A stretch of 64,000 nt of DNA, from the NCBI GenBank assembly GCA_963674755.2, contig CAXXVS010000001.1, positions 1,120,001 to 1,184,000 on the forward strand, written 5' to 3'. The notes under the pieces are model-generated. The model had not been told where the DNA came from. It saw only the letters and a list, made by a program, of their open reading frames with translations, and did no database searches. How positions within the stretch are numbered: the stretch's first letter is position 1; every line of letters begins with the position of its first letter. The translations under genes were made by a program, and so were the position numbers. This DNA is from Desulfobacterales bacterium. Lineage in GTDB: Bacteria; Desulfobacterota; Desulfobacteria; Desulfobacterales; UBA5852. Below, one piece after another: positions 18,829 to 27,102 of this stretch.

Positions 18829-19364
18829 CGGCCAACACGCAGATGAAACAGCTCGTATTGGTGGGGATTACCGCGGCGTTTGCGACCCTTGCCTTTTTGG
18901 GGACGACGGTGATCCGGATTCCCCTGCCGGCCTCCGGCGGTTATTTCAACCTGGGGGACACCTTCGTCATGGCGGCGGCCCTGCTTTACGGCCCCCTGGT
19001 GGGCGGGCTGGTGGGGGCCATCGGCCCGGCCATGGCGGACGCCCTGGGGTTTCCCCAGTTCATCCTGGCGACAGCCGTGGTCAAGGGGATCGAGGGCGCC
19101 CTGATCGGCCTGCTGGCCGGCAAGCGGCCCCGTCCGCGGCGCGTCGTGATCGCCCTGGTGGCCGGCGTGGTTGTTCTGGTGGGCGGCTACTATTTCTTCG
19201 AGGCCTCCCTTTATCCTCTCCTGGCCCGCCGGATTCCCTTCTTCGGCGTGACCGACCCCGCCGCAGCCCTGGCGGAAATCGTACCGAACCTGCTGCAGGG
19301 CGGCATCAGTGCCGTCATTGCCTTTGGCATCTGGCGCATTCTGGCCCGCCGCAACGACAGATAA
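18825..19364 (+). CDS. ECF transporter S component
   Basis: Motifs IRIP..GGYFNLGDTFV, GGLVGAIGPAMAD and VVKGIEG; 179 aa with about 6 TM segments. Confidence 0.88.
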   Translation: MTANTQMKQLVLVGITAAFATLAFLGTTVIRIPLPASGGYFNLGDTFVMAAALLYGPLVGGLVGAIGPAMADALGFPQFILATAVVKGIEGALIGLLAGKRPRPRRVVIALVAGVVVLVGGYYFFEASLYPLLARRIPFFGVTDPAAALAEIVPNLLQGGISAVIAFGIWRILARRNDR

Positions 19365-19442
19365 ATGGCCGGAGGCCGGGGTGCGCCCGGGCGTATGATG
19401 TGGTGATGAGCATGGTTAAGTTCAGATCTAAGCCCTCCACCC

Positions 19443-19669
19443 CTGGTGAGGGACCTGGAAAGGTTTTGCCGATCCGGGGTGTTTTTTAAAGATGGTCTCT
19501 TCCTTATTCTTTCCCGTGAAAGAAAAGGAAGCCAAAAGAAACCGCCCGTGTCCCGCTCAACCCTGCGCGTCGTCGTGACGGACGGAGCACGCGGAAACTC
19601 GCTTCGCTCAAGCAGTCCGCGCGCTTTTATCCGTCCGCCCCGCCGATGCTCGGCGCGGGACAAAGGGAA
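19443..19669. repeat. Structured intergenic repeat, copy 2 (direct orientation)
   Basis: Same sequence as copy 1 but lacking a 30-nt internal hairpin, with scattered substitutions concentrated in the 5' part. Confidence 0.9.
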
Positions 19670-19745
19670 GCATGAAACCCCCCCAAAAAATCCGCTTTAA
19701 AGTTCCCTTCGAGGGGCTGGGGCCTTCCGCCATGCGGGAGGAGGC

Positions 19746-20381
19746 TCATTTCTGGGGCCTGGCCAGTGCTTTGGCCAGGGCCGTGCGGTGGACGTGGCCG
19801 GCGAAGTGCACCGGGCTGTGGCCGTAGAGGGGGTCCCAGCCGGCCGGGTCGGCCGAACAGAAGAACTGGACTTCCAGCCCCATGCGGGTGGGGGCGTTGT
19901 CAAGCGGATGGCCGATCATCTTCGCGGCGGCCGCCCAGGTGGCGCCGCAGGGGGCCCCGCGCAATACCCGCACGGCCGCCAGGCGGCCGTCGACGACCTC
20001 GACCTCCAGGGACGGGGCGCCGAAAAGGCGGCCGTAGGCGCCCAAGCCCTCCTGGGGGGCCAGGCCGCAGCAGGTGGGCGGGGAGATGGCGTAGCGGATC
20101 TTGCGCCCCGGGGCGATCATGGGAATGGATGCCCGTGCACACAGCGCGGCCAGGTCTTCGGAAAGGTCCGGATGCCGGAGATAGTCCAGGACCAGGTCGG
20201 CCGTGAGCGCTTCCGGCAGGAGCCCCCGGGTGTCGTCTAGGACGGGGGGCAGGGGCCGGTCGATGGCGAAGCATTCCAGGCGGAAACGCTTGCCCCCGTA
20301 ACGGCGGATGCCGGCGATTTTGGCTTCGCCGCTGTTCATCTGCTGGAAGACGGCGATGTGCTGCGGGGCACAGACGGCCAT
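19746..20381 (-). CDS. DUF166-like Cys-containing protein
   Basis: Motifs LDYLRHPDLS, PTCCGL, RGAPCGATW, FFC and AGHVH; RBS GAGGA before ATG 20381. Confidence 0.7.
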   Translation of the reverse strand: MAVCAPQHIAVFQQMNSGEAKIAGIRRYGGKRFRLECFAIDRPLPPVLDDTRGLLPEALTADLVLDYLRHPDLSEDLAALCARASIPMIAPGRKIRYAISPPTCCGLAPQEGLGAYGRLFGAPSLEVEVVDGRLAAVRVLRGAPCGATWAAAAKMIGHPLDNAPTRMGLEVQFFCSADPAGWDPLYGHSPVHFAGHVHRTALAKALARPQK

Positions 20382-20391
20382 GGCGGCTTCC

Positions 20392-22263
20392 TCAGGAGGC
20401 ATGGAGTTTGTCGTCCAGCTCTTTTAACTGCTTGTCAAAGGGACGGGTTTTGAGCGCCAGCTGATCGGTCAGCTCCTCCAGGTAACCGAACTGGGTTTCG
20501 ATTTCCTGCTCGCAGGCGTGGATCGCCTTGCCCAATTCGGCGATACGGGCTCCGTCGCCCACGGCGGTGGCTTCCTGCATGGCGGCGTGCAATCCCTGCA
20601 AGCGTTGATCCCCTTCTTCGATCACCGCCTCGGCCCGGGCGATTTTCTTTTCCAGCGGTTTCACCACGCGGTTGCGCTGCACGATGATTTCGGAGCGCTC
20701 CCGGCGGGCGTCCTTCTTGGAGAGGCGCGCCGTCCCGCCACTGTTGCCGGGCGTGCGTTCGGGACGGCTGATGTCGGACTCATCATGCCAGCCCAGGCGA
20801 TTGAGGAAGCGCTGGTAGCCGCCTTCGAAAAGCGCGGCCTGACGGTTCTGGAAGACAATCAGGCGGCGAGCCACCGCGTGCAGAAACATTTCGTTGTGGG
20901 TCACGATGATGACGGCCCCGTCGAAGGCGTCGATGGCGGCCAGCAGAGCGTCGCAGGATTCCATGTCGAGATGGTTGGACGGTTCGTCCAGCAGCAGCAG
21001 ATTGACCTTGCAGGCCAGGAGCTGCCCCAGCAGGACGCGGCTTTTCTCGCCGCCCGAGAGCACCTTGACCGGTTTGAGGGCGTCGTCGCCCGAAAACATC
21101 ATGGCCCCGCAGATATTGCGGGCTGTTTGGCGGTCCAGATCCTCCCCGGCCCCCAGGATCTCCTCCTCCACCGTGCGTTCGCTCACCAAGCGATTGATGT
21201 GGGTCTGGTCGAAAAACCCCATGCGCACGTTGGGATTGATCTGAATGGCGCCCCGGGCGGCCTTGAGCTCGCCGGCCAGGACCTTGAGGAGGGTGGTCTT
21301 GCCCTGGCCGTTGCGGCCCACCACCCCGATACGGTCGTGCTGATTCACGGCAAAGCTCAGGTTGGCAAACAGCGGGACCTGGTCGTCGTAGCCGAAGGCC
21401 AGGTCTTCGACGGTCATCAGATGCCGGCCTTTGAAAGGCGCTTCGCGGAAACTGAATTCAAGATTCTGGAGGGTGGCCAGCTTGTCTTTTTTCTCCATCT
21501 TGTTCAGGGTTTTGATCCGCGACTGCACCAGATTGGCGAGGCGGGCCTTGGCCCGGAAGCGGGTGATGAACAGCTCGATCTCTTTGCGCTTGCGTTCATC
21601 GTTCATCCGCGTTTTTTCGTAAATTTCTTCATCCTGGGCGATCTGGTCGTAGTATTTCCCGGTATCGCCTTCGATCTTGCGGGCCTTGCCGCGATGGAGC
21701 CCCACGGTGTGGGTGACCGTCTGGTCCATGAAAGACCGGTCGTGGGTGATCAGCAGCAGCTCCCGGGGCCACGACCGCAAAAAGGAGACCACCCAGCGAA
21801 TGGCGGCGATGTCGAGGTAGTTGGTGGGTTCGTCCAGCAGCAGCAGGTCGGGTTCCGAGATCAGGACCTTGGCCAGATTGAGCCGGACCTGGTATCCGCC
21901 GGAGAAAATGGCAGGCGGCTGCTGGAGATCCCGCATGCCGAACCCCAGACCGGCCAGGATGCGTTCAGCCTTCCAGTGCTGGTCGGCCTCGTTGGGCGGC
22001 AGGCTGGCAACGCCTTCCTCGAGCACCGTGGGGTGGGCGAAGCGCAGATGCTGGCGCACGTGTCCGATCCGGTAGTTGCGGGGGATGGTGATGGTGCCGC
22101 TGTCGATATCCTCTTCGCCCACCAGGATGCGCAGCAGGGTGGTCTTGCCATTGCCGTTGCGGCCCACCAGGCCGATTTTTTCCCGCGGGTTCAGGGTGAA
22201 GCTGACCCCGTCGAAAAGGACCCGGCCGCCGAAGCTTTTATGGATATTTTCAATACTGATCAT
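20392..22263 (-). CDS. ABC-F family ATPase
   Basis: Two nucleotide-binding domains (GRNGNGKT, FSGG, LLLDEPTN; GRNGQGKT, LSGGE, LLLDEPSN), no TM segments, C-terminal coiled coil. Confidence 0.93.
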   Translation of the reverse strand: MISIENIHKSFGGRVLFDGVSFTLNPREKIGLVGRNGNGKTTLLRILVGEEDIDSGTITIPRNYRIGHVRQHLRFAHPTVLEEGVASLPPNEADQHWKAERILAGLGFGMRDLQQPPAIFSGGYQVRLNLAKVLISEPDLLLLDEPTNYLDIAAIRWVVSFLRSWPRELLLITHDRSFMDQTVTHTVGLHRGKARKIEGDTGKYYDQIAQDEEIYEKTRMNDERKRKEIELFITRFRAKARLANLVQSRIKTLNKMEKKDKLATLQNLEFSFREAPFKGRHLMTVEDLAFGYDDQVPLFANLSFAVNQHDRIGVVGRNGQGKTTLLKVLAGELKAARGAIQINPNVRMGFFDQTHINRLVSERTVEEEILGAGEDLDRQTARNICGAMMFSGDDALKPVKVLSGGEKSRVLLGQLLACKVNLLLLDEPSNHLDMESCDALLAAIDAFDGAVIIVTHNEMFLHAVARRLIVFQNRQAALFEGGYQRFLNRLGWHDESDISRPERTPGNSGGTARLSKKDARRERSEIIVQRNRVVKPLEKKIARAEAVIEEGDQRLQGLHAAMQEATAVGDGARIAELGKAIHACEQEIETQFGYLEELTDQLALKTRPFDKQLKELDDKLHAS

Positions 22264-22361
22264 AGGGCATCGCTTGTCGCCGTAACGCTATTTGGGGGTG
22301 GCCAAGGCTTGCGCGGGCTCCCCGCGGGCTCCCCGGGACGCCCCGCCTGCGGATATTATAT

Positions 22362-22390
22362 TTGACTTTCAAATTCAAGCTTTATATCCT
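22362..22390 (+). promoter_or_regulatory. Candidate sigma70 promoter of the mla operon
   Basis: TTGACT, 17-nt spacer, TATCCT in an AT-rich patch. Confidence 0.45.
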
Positions 22391-22566
22391 GCGGCCGTTT
22401 TTTAACCGGTCTGAGAACAACACCCCTGCATGGCCATTCCCCTTGAAGTCAGCCGTCAAGCATCCGGCCGGGTGACGTATCCGACAATCGACCCGGGGGT
22501 GCTGTCGCTTCGCATCCGAGTGGGGGCCGGTGTCGGCAACGACGATGATATTCCGAAACGGGTAAG

Positions 22567-23367
22567 ATGACGACCTTGACCCTTATACAGACGCCCCTGG
22601 CCTGGCTCGGGCAGATCGCCCTTGCGCGGTTGCGCCTGCTGGGCCGCTATGCCCTGTTTTTCCTGCGAAGTTTTGTCCTGATTTTCAGCTGGCCCCTGCC
22701 GGTGGCCAAAATCCTGCAGCAGACCTATTTCATCGGCATGAAATCCGTATCCATCATTTGCCTGACGGCGGTTTTCATCGGTATGGTGCTGGGGCTGCAT
22801 GGCTACTATACACTGGTCAAATTCGGCTCCGAGGGGGTCCTGGGCGCTGCGGTGGCCCTGACCCTGATTCGGGAACTGGGGCCTGTCCTGACCGCCATCA
22901 TGCTCATCGGCCGGGCCGGATCCGCCATGGCGGCGGAACTCGGGATCATGCGTATTTCAGAACAGATCGACGCCCTGGAAACCATGGACATCAACCCCAT
23001 CCGGTTCCTGGTGAGTCCCAAACTGGCGGCGACCCTGATCAGCCTGCCGCTGCTGACCGCCATGGCTGACGTGGTGGGCATTATCGGCGGTTATCTGACC
23101 GGGGTCCTCCTGCTGGGCATCAGTCCGGGCATCTATTTCGCCCGGGTCGAGTCGAGCGTTGCGATGGCGGACGTCATGGGGGGCTTTGCCAAGTCGCTGG
23201 TATTTGCCGTCGTGATCATCACGGTCTGCTGCTTCAAGGGCTATTATACCCATGAAGGGGACGAGCACGGCGCCAAGGGAGTCAGCATTTCCACCACCTC
23301 GGCGGTGGTTGTGGCGAGCGTTCTGGTACTGATTACGAATTATATTCTAACATCGCTATTGCTATAA
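22567..23367 (+). CDS. mlaE: MlaE family ABC permease
   Basis: Motifs RELGPVLTA, GRAGSAMAAELG.MRISEQIDALE and GAKGV..STT.AVV. Confidence 0.94.
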   Translation: MTTLTLIQTPLAWLGQIALARLRLLGRYALFFLRSFVLIFSWPLPVAKILQQTYFIGMKSVSIICLTAVFIGMVLGLHGYYTLVKFGSEGVLGAAVALTLIRELGPVLTAIMLIGRAGSAMAAELGIMRISEQIDALETMDINPIRFLVSPKLAATLISLPLLTAMADVVGIIGGYLTGVLLLGISPGIYFARVESSVAMADVMGGFAKSLVFAVVIITVCCFKGYYTHEGDEHGAKGVSISTTSAVVVASVLVLITNYILTSLLL

Positions 23368-23370
23368 GAT

Positions 23371-24579
23371 ATGACGACTCCCCTCATCCAATTCAAGGAC
23401 GTCTCCAAAGCCTTTAACGGGAATCGTGTGCTGCAGGGCATCGACCTGGATATCTACCAGGGGCAGATCACCACCATTATCGGCAAGAGCGGCGGCGGCA
23501 AGAGCGTCCTGCTCAAACACATCATCGGTCTGCTGGAACCCGATGCGGGCTGTATTATCATCGACGGCCACGACCTGACCCGGCTGCGCGGGCGGCCGCG
23601 CCGGTTGCTGCTGCGGCGCTTCAGCTATATGTTCCAGGACTCGGCACTTTTCGATTCGATGACCGTCTTCGAAAACATCGCCCTGCCCATCGAGGAGCGG
23701 GGCGGGTTGAAAGCAAATGAAATCAAAGCCCGCGTGCAGGCCCGCATGCGCGATCTCGACCTGGGAGCCATCGATGAGGACTACCCCTCGCAGCTCTCGG
23801 GCGGCATGAAGAAGCGGGTGGCCCTGGCCCGCGCCCTGGTCACCGATCCGGAGGTGGTCCTATTCGATGAACCGACCACCGGTCTGGACCCGATACGGAA
23901 AAACAATGTGCACAACATGATTGCCGAATACCAGCAAAAGCTTGGCTTTACGGCGGTGTTGATCAGCCACGAGATCCCGGACGTGTTCTATTTCTCCCAG
24001 CGGGTCGCCATGCTGCACGAAGGACGCATCATTTATGCGGGAACCCCCCACGAGTTGCAGCAGCTGAACGATCCGGTGGTCAACGAATTCGTCCAGGGGT
24101 TTGAGCGGCCCAGCGGCACCGCGGCCGAGATCGTTCCGGACGAGTCCTGGGAGGCGCAGTTCAACGAAGAAATGGCCCGCATGCAGCGGCACCGTGTGCC
24201 CTTTGCCTTGGTGGTCCTGACGATTGAAAACCTGGAAGACGTCCTGGCGACCGGCTCAGGGGAGCCCCAGGGCCTGACCCGGCGTTTTACCGATCAAGTG
24301 CGGCGCCAATTACGGCTGACGGATACCTGCACTCTGATCGGTCCCAATTCGATCCTGCTGCTGCTGCCCTTTACCAATTTGTCCCAGGCCAAAATGGTTT
24401 GCGGAAAATTGCGAAGAGCCTTGAACGGTAATGAAATCAGTGATATACAATCTCACGAGGGGCCTTGCCTGGCCGTCAGTGCCGGCCTTGCGGAAGTGGC
24501 CGGCAACGGGCATCCGGAGCGTACCCTGGCCCATGCCCTGGCGCATAAGGAGATTTTCTATCAATTCAGTGTCTGTTAG
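23371..24579 (+). CDS. mlaF: MlaF family ABC ATPase fused to a degenerate GGDEF-like domain
   Basis: ATPase motifs GKSGGGKS, LSGGMKKR and LFDEPTTGLD. The ~150-aa tail has RHRVPFALVVLTIE, RLTD-x5-GPNSI-LLLLP.T and VSAG. Confidence 0.9.
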   Translation: MTTPLIQFKDVSKAFNGNRVLQGIDLDIYQGQITTIIGKSGGGKSVLLKHIIGLLEPDAGCIIIDGHDLTRLRGRPRRLLLRRFSYMFQDSALFDSMTVFENIALPIEERGGLKANEIKARVQARMRDLDLGAIDEDYPSQLSGGMKKRVALARALVTDPEVVLFDEPTTGLDPIRKNNVHNMIAEYQQKLGFTAVLISHEIPDVFYFSQRVAMLHEGRIIYAGTPHELQQLNDPVVNEFVQGFERPSGTAAEIVPDESWEAQFNEEMARMQRHRVPFALVVLTIENLEDVLATGSGEPQGLTRRFTDQVRRQLRLTDTCTLIGPNSILLLLPFTNLSQAKMVCGKLRRALNGNEISDIQSHEGPCLAVSAGLAEVAGNGHPERTLAHALAHKEIFYQFSVC

Positions 24580-24594
24580 ATGTGGAGCAACCCC

Positions 24595-25041
24595 ATGAAA
24601 AAAGCCTCTATTGAAACGGCGGTTGGCCTTTTCGTCTTTATCGGCATTTTGTGTGTCGGTTATCTGACCGTGAAACTGGGGAAAATGGAGCTTCTGGGCA
24701 AACATTACTATTCCCTGCAGGCCCAGTTCGAATCCGTGACCGGTCTGAAAGTCGGTGCGAACGTGGAAATGGCCGGTGTGCCAATCGGCAAGGTGGAAGC
24801 CATCGCCCTCGATCCCAAACGGCAGACCGCTAAAGTGCGGCTGAAAATCCAGGACGATGTCGTGGTGACCGACGACGCCATCGCCTCCGTCAAGACCGCT
24901 GGTCTGATCGGTGACAAATACATCAAGCTGAGCCCCGGCGGCTCCGATGTCGTTCTCAAGTCCGGCGATATGCTCGTTGAAACGGAGTCCTCACTGGACA
25001 TCGAGGATTTAATCAGCAAATATGTCTTTGGGGGCGTCTGA
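24595..25041 (+). CDS. mlaD: MlaD (MCE domain) protein
   Basis: N-terminal TM segment; F.SVTGLKVGA.V.MAGVPIGKV and TAGLIGDKYI. Confidence 0.94.
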   Translation: MKKASIETAVGLFVFIGILCVGYLTVKLGKMELLGKHYYSLQAQFESVTGLKVGANVEMAGVPIGKVEAIALDPKRQTAKVRLKIQDDVVVTDDAIASVKTAGLIGDKYIKLSPGGSDVVLKSGDMLVETESSLDIEDLISKYVFGGV

Positions 25042-25172
25042 GAGCCGTCTTTCCCAGAAGGATAGCGGACGGCCGCCCGACCGACCGGCCGGACAGAGGA
25101 GACCGATGGGCCTTGCCCGGCCGGCGGCTTGGATCGAATCATTTGCAAAGCAATGCAAGGGAGACGTTGATA

Positions 25173-25817
25173 ATGAAACGGTACTACCTGTCGATACTCG
25201 TTATGCTGTTGCTGTTGCCATTAACAGGCCGCACAGCGGTGGCCGGTGAACCCATTGACGTGCTCAAAGCGCCCATGGCCGAGGCGTTGGCCGTTCTGCG
25301 GGACCCGCAATACAAGGCGGACGATCCCGCCAAGAAAGCCGAACAGCGTGAAAAATTCTGGGCGATCATCAAGCCGTCTTTCGATTTCGAAGAGCTGTCC
25401 AAGCGCACCCTGGCGCGCAATTGGAAACTGTTCGATGCCGCCCAGCAGGCGGCCTTCACGGACGTATTCTCGGAACTCCTGGGCAATATCTATGTGGATC
25501 GGATCCAGGGGGGCTACAACGATGAAACCATCGAGTTCGGCGATCAGATCAAGCATGAATCGCGTCCCCTGGCCGTGGTCAAGACCTTTATCGTCTCCGC
25601 CCGGAATCGTATCCCGGTGGACTACAGCATGATCGAGAAGGACGGCACCTGGCGGGTCTACGACGTCAAGGTGGAGGGTATCAGCCTGGTCAAGAACTAC
25701 CGCTCCCAGTTCAAGGAAATTTTGTCCAAAGATTCCCCGGATCAGCTGATCGAGATGTTGAAAAAGAAGGTTGCCGAACAAAAAGCCAAACTGGCCCAGG
25801 GGGAGAACGCCGGCTGA
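25173..25817 (+). CDS. mlaC: MlaC/Ttg2D periplasmic phospholipid-binding protein
   Basis: Signal peptide; FDFEELSKRTLARNW and WRVYDVKVEGISLVKNYRSQF. Confidence 0.92.
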   Translation: MKRYYLSILVMLLLLPLTGRTAVAGEPIDVLKAPMAEALAVLRDPQYKADDPAKKAEQREKFWAIIKPSFDFEELSKRTLARNWKLFDAAQQAAFTDVFSELLGNIYVDRIQGGYNDETIEFGDQIKHESRPLAVVKTFIVSARNRIPVDYSMIEKDGTWRVYDVKVEGISLVKNYRSQFKEILSKDSPDQLIEMLKKKVAEQKAKLAQGENAG

Positions 25818-25899
25818 TGGGATGGGCCCGGCCGGAAGTGACCGTACCGCATTCTGCACGGTCTTAGCGGAAGCAGCGCCGAACATATTGCCTAACGTG

Positions 25900-25934
25900 G
25901 CGGCGGACCGGGGAACCCTCCTTCGGTCCGCCGC
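25900..25934. terminator. Hairpin between convergent genes
   Basis: 11-bp stem gcggcggaccg/cggtccgccgc; weak U-tract. Confidence 0.4.
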
Positions 25935-25954
25935 TTATGATTTGTAGGGGCGGG

Positions 25955-26875
25955 TTACTTTTCGGCCGGCGGTGGCACTTGCACCTGGCTCATATTTTCG
26001 AGGGCCAGCATCAGGGCCTGGGTGCCGGCCTGGGCGCCGCCGTGGGCGGCGACCGACAGGTAAAGCTGGTGGACAAGGGCCAGTCCGGGCAGACAAAGAT
26101 TCATGCAGCGGGCTTCCTCCAGGGCGATGCCCATGTCCTTGATGAAATGGGCCACATAAAATCCCGGATCGAAATTCCGTTTCAGGATGCGCGGGGCCAG
26201 ATTGGTCAACGACCAGCAGCCGGCGGCTCCCCCGGAGATGCTGGCCAGGACCTGATCGAGATCGAGCCCGGCCCGAAAGCCGTACAGCAGCGACTCGCAC
26301 ATGCCGATCATGGTACCCGCAATAACGATCTGGTTGCACATTTTGGTATGCTGGCCGGCCCCCGCCGGTCCCTGGTGGATGATCTGGCGGCCCATGACGT
26401 CCAGCAGCGGCCGGACGGTCGCAACGGTTTCCGGATCGCCGCCCACCATGATGGACAGCTGGGCGTTGCGCGCCCCCACATCACCGCCGGATACCGGGGC
26501 ATCCACCGTGCGGACGCCCAAGGGCTCGGCAGCCGTGTAGATTTCCTTGGCCAGGCTCGGCTCGGTGGTGGTCATGTCCACCGCAATCAGCCCCTGGCGG
26601 GCGCCCGCCAGGACGCCCTGGTCTCCCAGGTAGACAGCACGAACGTCCTGGGGGAACCCCACCATGGTGAAAACGATATCGGCCTGGCCGGCCACGGCCG
26701 CCGGCGACGCTGCCCAGGAAGCGCCCGCGGCGAGCAATGGCTCGGCCTTTGATCGACTGCGGTTATGGACAATGGTCGGATAGCCGCGTTGCATGAGATG
26801 CTGGCACATCCAGCGCCCCATCACACCGGTACCGATCCATCCGATCACTTGTTGACGCTCCGGTGCTGTGGTCAT
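25955..26875 (-). CDS. 3-hydroxyisobutyrate dehydrogenase-family NAD(P)-dependent oxidoreductase
   Basis: Motifs IGWIGTGVMG, DAPVSGGD, GAGQHTKMCNQ and FIKDM. Confidence 0.92.
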   Translation of the reverse strand: MTTAPERQQVIGWIGTGVMGRWMCQHLMQRGYPTIVHNRSRSKAEPLLAAGASWAASPAAVAGQADIVFTMVGFPQDVRAVYLGDQGVLAGARQGLIAVDMTTTEPSLAKEIYTAAEPLGVRTVDAPVSGGDVGARNAQLSIMVGGDPETVATVRPLLDVMGRQIIHQGPAGAGQHTKMCNQIVIAGTMIGMCESLLYGFRAGLDLDQVLASISGGAAGCWSLTNLAPRILKRNFDPGFYVAHFIKDMGIALEEARCMNLCLPGLALVHQLYLSVAAHGGAQAGTQALMLALENMSQVQVPPPAEK

Positions 26876-27102
26876 GCGGGACCTCCTTTCAGGCACGGAT
26901 TGGGATCATTGACGGCGACAGCATACGCGCCCCCGGGACGCTTGGCAATAGGGAAGCAGGGCGGGTGAAAAGCAAACCGCGCAACGCTCTGAAAGCAGGA
27001 AAAAACCTGTTGAAACCCCCGCCATTTTTCTTTAAGATGGCGTGCGTTTGCCAACTCATTGGAACTAATTGAAATAGTTAAAAATTTATTGGGAGGCCAC
27101 GA

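Noticed and set aside
14424..19669. Repeat pair read as a CRISPR array or composite transposon
   Set aside because: There are only two long copies, with no repeat-spacer periodicity, cas genes, transposase or terminal inverted repeats.
22391..22566. Possible c-di-GMP riboswitch in the mlaE leader
   Set aside because: No GEMM-type consensus (GGCAAAC...GACGCAAA) is visible.
25943..25955. GTAGGGGCG resembling a GTAG-family REP end
   Set aside because: No complementary arm follows and I noticed no second copy in the window.
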